From contig JBBJOW010000007.1 of NCBI GenBank assembly GCA_037724045.1, forward strand, positions 7,324 to 71,323: a stretch of DNA of 64,000 nt. Reading direction: 5' to 3'. Source of the DNA: Solirubrobacteraceae bacterium (GTDB taxonomy: Bacteria > Actinomycetota > Thermoleophilia > Solirubrobacterales > Solirubrobacteraceae). The notes beneath the pieces were generated by a model. The model had not been told where the DNA came from and made no database searches. It was given only the letters and a program-made list of their open reading frames with translations. Of this stretch, positions 16,805-23,529 are shown piece by piece; the first letter of the stretch is position 1, and the number at the start of each line of letters is the position of its first letter. A program made the position numbers and the translations under genes.

Positions 16805-18154
16805 CTACGCCAGTGCGACCTTCGAGAACGCGGCCGGGTAGTAGACGGCCAGCGCGGCGCGTAATTCGGCCAAGATAGTCACCTTGTTAAAGGTGAAGTC
16901 CTGGCCGTCCGCATCGCTGACGAGCACGTTCACGCCCTCCCGGATGAGCAGCTGCGCACCGATCTGAAAGGCGCCGACGAGGGCAGTGCCTTCTGGGATG
17001 GCGGCGGTCGTGATGACGGGGACGCCCCACATCCGTTCGCCGGTGACGTCGAAGGGACCGTTGGAGAAGTAGTCCCCGGAGCCGGCGGACTTGAGCAGCA
17101 GTGACTTCTTCCAGTCGAGCGGGTTGAGGATGATGGCGTTGGGGTCGGCGCCGGCAACCTTGACCTGGGTGATGCCGCTGAGGATTTGCTCGGTCGGCAG
17201 GTTCCCGGCGGTGAACGCGACTACGCCGACGCCGGGCGTGGTCAGGATGCCCTGGATGTTCGGGGTCGTGCCGTTGCCGGCGAGGATCTCGGCCTGGAGC
17301 CGGCGGGCGACGCCGTAGCGCAGGCGGTTCTCGAGGACGCTCGCGAACGCAGGGACGTCGGCGAGCACCTGCTTGCGGACTTTGAACCAGTGCGCGATCG
17401 TCGCTGCTTCGGCGTTGGCATCGGTGTAGACGCCGACGCCTTCGGGCTTGAGTGTGCCCTCCGTCGTTTCGGCGGCGGTGTCAAACGAGCCGTTCTCAAC
17501 GGTGTACGGGACCGAGCTGCCTTCCATGGTGCCGGTCGCGATGACGTCGAGGACGGTGAGCTGTTGGCGTAGCTGGGGTGCGACTCCGCCGTAGTCGTCG
17601 CGGCGCATATTCGGGGTGCCGGTGATGTCGGCCTTGAAGGCGTCGCGGGCGGCGTCGGCGCTGGCGATCTCACCGAGCGCGATTCGGCCGACGCGGGCGC
17701 TGCTGTTGCCAGCCTTGCGGATCTGGTCGCGCAGCGCCGGGTCCTCGAGCACCTTGCCGGCGGCCCACTTGCCGTCGCTGTCGGCGGGGTCTGTGCTCGA
17801 GAGCTTCTTGAGCAGCTCGACCTGCAGCTCCTGAGCGATGCTCAGGCGAGCCTCAGCGTCCTTGACGTCCTTGACGGCAGCCGCTGCGGTCTTGAACTCG
17901 GGGCTGCCGGTCCGCTCGCCCCCGTCGACGTAGGCCTTCCGAGTCTGGTCGGCGGTGGTCTGCTTGGACTTGATCTCATCCCGGAGGTTGCGGACGTCCT
18001 GCTCGGTGTCCTTGAACTGCTTGCTGAGGTGTTTGTCGTCGTGGAGGCAGGTCGGACCGTTGGAGCGCTCGATGCGTCCGGTGATCGCCGGCCAGGTCGG
18101 CGCGAGGAGCTCGGCGAGCTCGAGCGCGGCGGTGAGGTTGCGGTTGGTGGTCAT
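16805..18154 (-). CDS. HK97-family major capsid protein with N-terminal coiled-coil (scaffold/delta-like) domain
   Basis: N-terminal charged helical region (DVRNLRDEIKSKQTTADQTRKAY...AEARLSIAQELQVELLKKL). This is followed by LTVLDVIATGTMEGSSVPY...ATIAHWFKVRKQVLADVP...ILNPLDWKKSLLLKSAGSGDYF...MWGVPVITTAAIPEGTALVGAF, typical of HK97 capsids. Confidence 0.88.
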   Translation of the reverse strand: MTTNRNLTAALELAELLAPTWPAITGRIERSNGPTCLHDDKHLSKQFKDTEQDVRNLRDEIKSKQTTADQTRKAYVDGGERTGSPEFKTAAAAVKDVKDAEARLSIAQELQVELLKKLSSTDPADSDGKWAAGKVLEDPALRDQIRKAGNSSARVGRIALGEIASADAARDAFKADITGTPNMRRDDYGGVAPQLRQQLTVLDVIATGTMEGSSVPYTVENGSFDTAAETTEGTLKPEGVGVYTDANAEAATIAHWFKVRKQVLADVPAFASVLENRLRYGVARRLQAEILAGNGTTPNIQGILTTPGVGVVAFTAGNLPTEQILSGITQVKVAGADPNAIILNPLDWKKSLLLKSAGSGDYFSNGPFDVTGERMWGVPVITTAAIPEGTALVGAFQIGAQLLIREGVNVLVSDADGQDFTFNKVTILAELRAALAVYYPAAFSKVALA

Positions 18155-18156
18155 GC

Positions 18157-18525
18157 TCAGGCCTCCTGGCCGTTGGTGGTGTGGGTGGCTGCCTCGAGCA
18201 GGTCGTCGAGGCGATGACCGCGCGCCAACAGGGCGGCGGTGATGTACTCAGTGAGGTGGGCGTCGGCTTCGTGGCCGAGCATCTGCGCGCGGCCGATCTC
18301 GTCGCGGCGCCCGATCGCGTCGTCGAGGTCGATCTCGCCGTGGTGCAGACTGAGCGCAAGGTCGGCGGCGGCCTGCAGGATCGTGGCGGTGTGCCTGGTG
18401 AGACCTTGCTGGATCGATGAGATCCGTTCGAACTCGACATCGTCGAGCTTCGCCGGGTCTTCCGGCAGAGTGCCGAGCGCGTCGACGACGAACTCCAGCG
18501 GGTCGGCGAGGGTGGTCTGGTTCAT
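18157..18525 (-). CDS. Hypothetical protein
   Basis: ORF ends 3 nt before the capsid start. Acidic and helical. No family recognised. Confidence 0.5.
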   Translation of the reverse strand: MNQTTLADPLEFVVDALGTLPEDPAKLDDVEFERISSIQQGLTRHTATILQAAADLALSLHHGEIDLDDAIGRRDEIGRAQMLGHEADAHLTEYITAALLARGHRLDDLLEAATHTTNGQEA

Positions 18526-18782
18526 GCGGCCTCCTGGGCTTGGTCGTGGTTCAGGTGTTCACGGATGGCGGCTCGGACGGCGCCGGCCGCGGCGTTCTGC
18601 GTCTCGCGGTCGGCGATGGCGCGGAGGCCGCGGATGACGACGAGCCCACGGTCTTCATGGGCGACAAGGGTCACGAGGCGCCCGTTGGCGAGACGGACGT
18701 CGAGGTCTGCGATCAGCTTGCCGCGGTGCTCGGCGAAGCGTGACCACGCCACAAGGGCCGGCGGTGCGAGGGTCGTCGTCAC
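18522..18782 (-). CDS. Hypothetical protein
   Basis: GTG 18782 gives a GTGA overlap with the upstream gene, and there is an ATGA overlap downstream. Confidence 0.42.
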   Translation of the reverse strand: MTTTLAPPALVAWSRFAEHRGKLIADLDVRLANGRLVTLVAHEDRGLVVIRGLRAIADRETQNAAAGAVRAAIREHLNHDQAQEAA

Positions 18783-19819
18783 GCGCTGGCCTCGTCGGAA
18801 GTAACGAGGTAACGGCCGGTAACGACCTCTACGCACGAGGCAGTGGCCTCTTCTCGCGCACGTAATAACCCTGTACCTGCCGTTACCTCGTTACCTGGCC
18901 AGTCTGCCGGCACGAGGAAAAACGACCAGTTGAGAGTCCCGCCGAAACCGGGCTGTGTGGCCTTGACCCGGCCGCTGGCGTTGGGCTTGGTCCAGCCAAC
19001 GCGAAGCAGGCGCTGAGCGATCTTGCCTTCGCTGAGTCCCGGCTCGCGGCCGCGGACGAACCCATACATGTGACCGCTGCGCACGAAGCGCACCCCGGCA
19101 CTGTCGACGAGAACCATCGTCATGGCGGCGCCGGCCTCCTCGCGAGCATTGTCGAGCGACCGGAGATCGCTGAACGCCTCCCAGCGGTCCGCCTGGTCGC
19201 TCATGTCGACCGGCCGCGTCTGGGCAGCCTGGAGGTAGCTCTGGCCCCAGTCGAGGGCGAGGTCGTCGTCGGAGACGGTCTGCTGCCGCCGTGCGACCTG
19301 TCGCAGCAGTGCGACGGCTTGGAGGGCGTCGGCAGCCGTGATCTTCGGCACGACGCCGGCGCACGCTGCAAGCTCGGCTCGCAGGACCGTGAGATGCGCC
19401 ATCTCCCTGAGGGATTCGAACTCCAGCCACTCGCCGTTCGAGAGCTCGAGCTGGGCGCTCGCTCTGGCGCCTTGACCGGTTGTGACCGCGGACTTGACGG
19501 TCATGCCCATGACGGTCAGGCCGAGCAGGTCGGCAAGCTTGGCTCCCGCCTCGTCGGCACCGAGTTCAACCACTTGCGCCGCGACTTGGCCGGCGGGCCG
19601 CGCTTTGGCTTCAGCCCGGTCGAGATCGTCCGCGATGCGCGCGGCGTCGCACTGCGAACACGAAATGGTGATGCCGTCCAAGGCCGCGACGGCCGTCAGC
19701 TCGCCCGGGCAGCTCGGACAAGTCGTGCTGAGGCTGCCGTTCTCGCCGACGTAGACGCGGCCGGAGCGGCGCAGCTGGTCGCGGAAGTCGTCGAGCGTGA
19801 GGCCGAACGAGCGGCTCAT
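18779..19819 (-). CDS. Zinc-ribbon protein, possible replication/initiation partner of the Top6A-like protein
   Basis: MSRSFGLTLDDFRDQLRRSG...TTCPSCPGELTAV...ISCSQCDAARI (CxxC...CxxC). ATGA overlap with the upstream Top6A-like gene. I recognise no primase or helicase motifs. Confidence 0.55.
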   Translation of the reverse strand: MSRSFGLTLDDFRDQLRRSGRVYVGENGSLSTTCPSCPGELTAVAALDGITISCSQCDAARIADDLDRAEAKARPAGQVAAQVVELGADEAGAKLADLLGLTVMGMTVKSAVTTGQGARASAQLELSNGEWLEFESLREMAHLTVLRAELAACAGVVPKITAADALQAVALLRQVARRQQTVSDDDLALDWGQSYLQAAQTRPVDMSDQADRWEAFSDLRSLDNAREEAGAAMTMVLVDSAGVRFVRSGHMYGFVRGREPGLSEGKIAQRLLRVGWTKPNASGRVKATQPGFGGTLNWSFFLVPADWPGNEVTAGTGLLRAREEATASCVEVVTGRYLVTSDEASA

Positions 19820-20745
19820 CCGACGGGCCCTCCAGACGGGAGGCCGAGCAGTTCGGCGCGATCGAGGTGCTCGCGCCGGATCTCTTCTCGGTAGCGATGG
19901 ACGTCCAGGGTGTCCTCGATCGCATCCCGGACCAGAGCGGCCAGCATGTCGGGCGGCAGCGCCTCCAACTGGCACGTCCCGCCATCCCAGCCACGAGAGC
20001 GACCGTCGCTCGCCTTCACGGGCGACGTCGGCAGCGAGAACACGTCCACTTGCTCTCTCGTCAGGGCCACTCGTATGGCATCCAGCCGGGTCGTCTGGAC
20101 CGTTCGATCCTCGCGAACGAACGCCGAAGCATCCTCGGCGATGGCAGCGAAGATCGACTCTCCCGACGGGTCGTAGTCGCCGACGTGCAACATGACCGTC
20201 GGGACGCTCGACCGCAGCGCCCGGTTGGCGAGCGTCCTCACCGCCGACAACGATGCGAAGCCACTGGCCGAGTACACGGGGACGCTGAAGTCCTCCGCGA
20301 CCCGGGCGAGTTGCCCGACCATGCCGGCCGCCTCGCTCCAGAGCTCCAGCCGCTGGGGCTGACCGGCCTGCCGGTCGCGCCGGTACTCGCGAGCGCGACG
20401 AGCAGTGTCGTCGCGGAAGTCCGCGACGCTGCCGTAGTAGTCGGCGTGCATCGTCATCACGCCGTCGTCGCGGATCGCGTCAAACGGAAGCACCTTCGCG
20501 CGCCGCGCCCGGTTCAGATGCTCTCCGAGGCGTGCGTAGGCCTGCTCGGTCTTGTCCAGCTTCCCGGCGCCGACCAGCGAGTAGTAGATCTGCCTCACCG
20601 TCAACGGGAGATGGTCTTCATAGCGCCGGAGAACGTCCTCTACATCGAGTAGAAGCTCGCGGGTCGGCGCGTGCGGACTCCAATCGGCATAGCCACGCGG
20701 ACGCCGCCGCCCAGCACTTTCACGGCCCGCCGTGACAAGGGTCAT
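19816..20745 (-). CDS. Standalone Spo11/TopoVI subunit A-like protein (5Y-CAP + Toprim; 'Mini-A'-like)
   Basis: LTVRQIYYSLV (R-x-I-Y-Y catalytic-tyrosine motif of Top6A/Spo11), LELWSEAAGM (Toprim acidic residue), and MLHVGDYDPSGESIF (Toprim D-x-D-P-x-G-x-x-I motif). It is 309 aa, and no B-subunit/GHKL gene is nearby. Confidence 0.7.
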   Translation of the reverse strand: MTLVTAGRESAGRRRPRGYADWSPHAPTRELLLDVEDVLRRYEDHLPLTVRQIYYSLVGAGKLDKTEQAYARLGEHLNRARRAKVLPFDAIRDDGVMTMHADYYGSVADFRDDTARRAREYRRDRQAGQPQRLELWSEAAGMVGQLARVAEDFSVPVYSASGFASLSAVRTLANRALRSSVPTVMLHVGDYDPSGESIFAAIAEDASAFVREDRTVQTTRLDAIRVALTREQVDVFSLPTSPVKASDGRSRGWDGGTCQLEALPPDMLAALVRDAIEDTLDVHRYREEIRREHLDRAELLGLPSGGPVG

Positions 20746-21005
20746 GCGGCGACTCGAAGGTAGCCGTCGAGATCTTCGCGCCGGTACAGGTTTCTCGCGC
20801 CGTCCTTGTAGACGGCCAAATGCCCTTGGCTCGTGAGGTCAAAGACGCGCTGGCGGCTGGCCCGGAGGTACTCGGCGGCCTCATCCGTCGTCAGCCACGG
20901 GGTGCTGATTCGGGTCGCGACGGCCGAGGACGTCAGGCCGCGACGCTCGAGCTCATCGGCGACGGCCGCTGCGATCGCGGCGGCGATGTCCACTGGCGGG
21001 CTCAT
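20742..21005 (-). CDS. Excisionase-family (MerR-like HTH_17) DNA-binding protein
   Basis: WLTTDEAAEYLRASRQRVFDLTSQGHLAVYKDGARNLYRREDLDGYL. Confidence 0.75.
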   Translation of the reverse strand: MSPPVDIAAAIAAAVADELERRGLTSSAVATRISTPWLTTDEAAEYLRASRQRVFDLTSQGHLAVYKDGARNLYRREDLDGYLRVAA

Positions 21006-21069
21006 GCCGGCGCCTCGACATCATCGGGATGAAGGCGCCCTTGCGGCGCCTCGGACGTCGGCCCGCCCC

Positions 21070-21303
21070 TCACGCACCCCCTGCAGCACGGCGCTTGTCG
21101 GCGAACAGGTCGTGGAGTTCATCGGTGAGTCGCGAGACGGTGACCTCAACCGGGACGCCGACCTCGGACCACGCTTCGTGTCGGAGCCTCGCCGCTCGCT
21201 CAATGCCGCGGCGAGCCTCGCGGCGCTCACGACTCGGCGTCTGCTTCTGCTTTCGCTTGGGCTTGACCGATCGGAAGCCCGGCTGCGCGTTGTGCTGCTC
21301 CAT
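21070..21303 (-). CDS. Small basic hypothetical protein
   Basis: ORF abuts the stop of the upstream gene (21304). Lys/Arg-rich N-terminus. Confidence 0.4.
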   Translation of the reverse strand: MEQHNAQPGFRSVKPKRKQKQTPSRERREARRGIERAARLRHEAWSEVGVPVEVTVSRLTDELHDLFADKRRAAGGA

Positions 21304-21882
21304 TTACGTCCAGTCGAATCCGTTCTCCTCAGCGATGGCGCTGAGCCGGCTCGAGTCCAAGGCGTCGTCGCCTACCAAGAGGCTGAGTGTGCCGAGGTAT
21401 ACGCGGGCTAGGCCCGCCTCGCCTGTCAGGAAGACCGTCGCTCCGATAGCTGAATGGTGTTCGACGAGAAGCTGAAGATCTAGAGCCACGGCGTCCTCGT
21501 CATGACCGGGGACGAACCCCCCGAGGAAGGCCTGGGCCGTCATTGTCTCCCAGCGCGCCGGGATGCGAGACACCGCACCGCTCGGCAGAACCTCCACTGC
21601 CTCATCTAGTTCGGTGTGGCCGGTGCCGCGCAGCACGATCCGCGCGGGCTCGAGGTCTCCGATGTGCCCTGCCTCGAGCACCTGGCGGAGCAGTTCGCTC
21701 CAGGCGCCAACGTCCGCTGCAATCTCAGGCTCCAGCCTCTGGCGTTCGTTGTGAATGGCCACTCGAACGGCCTCGCTGCCGGACACCTTGCTGCGCGTCC
21801 GGCGCTGCATGTGGCGGCGAGTCTCGTCGGTCTCGCTAAGGGTGTCCTCGCCAAAGCGATAGTTGGTGATCGGTGTGGCCAC
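21304..21882 (-). CDS. Hypothetical protein (first gene leftward of the divergent control region)
   Basis: GTG 21882 with AGGA upstream. VATPITNYRFGEDTLSETDETRRHMQRRTRSKVSGSEAVRVAIHNERQRLE.... No family recognised. Confidence 0.5.
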   Translation of the reverse strand: MATPITNYRFGEDTLSETDETRRHMQRRTRSKVSGSEAVRVAIHNERQRLEPEIAADVGAWSELLRQVLEAGHIGDLEPARIVLRGTGHTELDEAVEVLPSGAVSRIPARWETMTAQAFLGGFVPGHDEDAVALDLQLLVEHHSAIGATVFLTGEAGLARVYLGTLSLLVGDDALDSSRLSAIAEENGFDWT

Positions 21883-22051
21883 GCCCGAGATCCTACCACA
21901 GCCCGTAAAGACAGGCAGCCACACTGCGCGATCTGAGGCACCTGGACCGTTGACAGGCCGACACGCACGCGCGTCGGCGCGCACAAAATTGTCCAGCAAA
22001 ACGGGTCAAATTTGCGTAGCGCTAGCGGCTATCTCGCTAGGGTCGGAAGCG

Positions 22052-22300
22052 GTGAAACGGAATCCCGTCCGCTACAAGCAGAACGGCGACAAGCGACCCT
22101 CTGTCAAGGACCAGGCCCTCGACGCCCTTATCGAAGAGGCCTGGAATCAGGAGTGGGGATGCCGCGTCGGCGGTAATAAGCACGTCATGTGCTACCCGCC
22201 CGACGGAAGCCGAATGATCCCGATTCCGTCGACACCGAGCGACTGGCGCACGGTCAAGAACAAGGCCGCCCAGATGAAACGCGGCGGCCTGGAGATCTAG
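22052..22300 (+). CDS. HicA/YcfA-like small protein (tentative)
   Basis: ...WGCRVGGNKHVMCYPPDGSRMIPIPSTPSDWRTVKNKAAQMKRGGLEI resembles the HicA pattern G-x-H-x(3-6)-P...P.H...gt...i.k..g. It is the only plus-strand gene in the island. Confidence 0.38.
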   Translation: MKRNPVRYKQNGDKRPSVKDQALDALIEEAWNQEWGCRVGGNKHVMCYPPDGSRMIPIPSTPSDWRTVKNKAAQMKRGGLEI

Positions 22301-22623
22301 GCCGCGGTGACCGGCTGCGCCACGATCTGCTGATCGTGAAGAGTCTGCACCGGGAGGTGCTTCTCGACCTCCGCCATGACCTCCGAAACGCGCCTGTTGA
22401 CGATCGACGCGCTGACGGCCGGAATGAGAAGGTCGATCTCCACCGACGCCGGATCGAACGCGCACGACGCCGACGCGCCGAAATGCTCGCCGTAGCCGTG
22501 CTCGCACATGACCTCCTCAAGCGCGATCGTGAACTCCTCGAGCTCGTCGTTGCTTACGCCGCTCGGCGGCGTGAGCGCGATCGTCACCTGGTAGGTGCTG
22601 ACGGTGGAGAGGGTCGCCGGCAT
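22297..22623 (-). CDS. Hypothetical protein
   Basis: 108-aa ORF with good coding bias, convergent with the HicA-like ORF. No family recognised. Confidence 0.5.
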   Translation of the reverse strand: MPATLSTVSTYQVTIALTPPSGVSNDELEEFTIALEEVMCEHGYGEHFGASASCAFDPASVEIDLLIPAVSASIVNRRVSEVMAEVEKHLPVQTLHDQQIVAQPVTAA

Positions 22624-22737
22624 AGAGGGGATGTTAGGTCATGGATCGGCCCTGACGCGCCGACCCTGTAGTGCGTCAACGTACCCGGCAACACTCGATA
22701 TATCAACTGGCCGCCGAAACGCGGCGCCAGCGTGGAC

Positions 22738-22761
22738 ATGTTGCCAGTTTCGTTGCCACCC
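22738..22761 (+). repeat. Putative integrase arm-type site (GTTGCCA x2)
   Basis: ATGTTGCCAGTTTCGTTGCCACCC lies 67 bp from the att core and is the partner of 8348-8371. Confidence 0.4.
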
Positions 22762-22828
22762 GCACCACATTCCCCCCATTGGGGGAACGCCTAGAACGGC
22801 GAGAACCGCGCCGTAGCGCGGTCCTCTG

Positions 22829-22874
22829 CAGGGAGGGCGACGGGACTCGAACCCGCGACCGCCGGGATCACAAC
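22829..22874 (-). repeat. att core repeat inside the intact tRNA-His
   Basis: Identical to 8196-8241. Confidence 0.9.
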
Positions 22875-22905
22875 CCGGAGCTCTACCGACTGAGCTACGC
22901 CCTCC
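22832..22905 (-). tRNA. tRNA-His (anticodon GTG), with encoded G-1
   Basis: Reverse complement G-GAGGGCG-TA-GCTC-AGTCGGTA-GAGC-T-CCGGG-TTGTGAT-CCCGG-CGGTC-GCGGG-TTCGAGT-CCCGT-CGCCCTC-C folds as a cloverleaf. The extra 5' G pairs with C73. CCA is not encoded. Confidence 0.95.
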
Positions 22906-22923
22906 GCGGACGGCGAAGGGTAC

Positions 22924-23294
22924 TTACACGCCGACGTTGAGCGTGAGGGTGATGCCGCTGGAGACGTCGAACACCTGAACGCCGCAGGTAGTTCTCCTCG
23001 ATGACGCCCTAGTGGTAGAGCGAGTAGCGGCCGGCCGCGTCGCAGTGCCAGGCGTAGACCGCTGCGCCGGCGAGCGGGCTGCCGCCGCCCGAGACGTCGA
23101 GCAGGGTCATCTCGATCCTGGGCGGTACTCCCTCGGCGACACCGGAGAAGTCGCCGAAGCTCGACGCGATGTCCTCCCGCACGACGCCGCTCTCGGTGAG
23201 CACGTCGGGACCGTTGGAGCCGTCGCCGGGAAACGGGCCGGCGGTTGACGAGGCGGGGAAGGTCGTGGTCGAGGCCGCGGTCGTGATCGTGCAT
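22924..23294 (-). pseudogene. Intradiol ring-cleavage dioxygenase-like gene remnant
   Basis: MHDHDRGLDHDLPRLVNRR (family N-terminus), then a frame change to PFPGDGSNGPDVLTESGVVREDIASSFGDFSGVAEGVPPRIEMTLLDVSGGGSPLAGAAVYAWHCDAAGRYSLYH. This is followed by an in-frame TAG and a further frame change. The signal/linker region and the C-terminal third are missing. Confidence 0.7.
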
Positions 23295-23529
23295 GTCCTC
23301 AGAGTGGACGCCTTTGCTGGGCGAACCCTGGGGGCATCCTGGGACGCGGCTGTCGGCTCAGTCCCAGATCCGACGCGTGACGGGCGGCAGCGGGGGCGAC
23401 GGCGGGGCGAGGCCGTCGATGAAGGGGTCGTGGGAGACGGGCTCGGGCGGGAGCGTCGTCTCCTTGACGGTCGGGAGGGTCATCGCGGGCCATCTTCGCC
23501 CCCGGCCCGGCGGCACCTTCCCCGCGTCT

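Larger units (their letters stand above)
8196..22874 (-). mobile_element. Integrated phage-like island (satellite-like or reduced prophage) in tRNA-His
   Basis: Exact 46-bp direct repeats (8196-8241 and 22829-22874) duplicate the tRNA-His 3' part. A tyrosine integrase sits next to one repeat. The island carries phage capsid, terminase, HNH and tape-measure genes, all on the minus strand and tightly packed. Confidence 0.85.
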
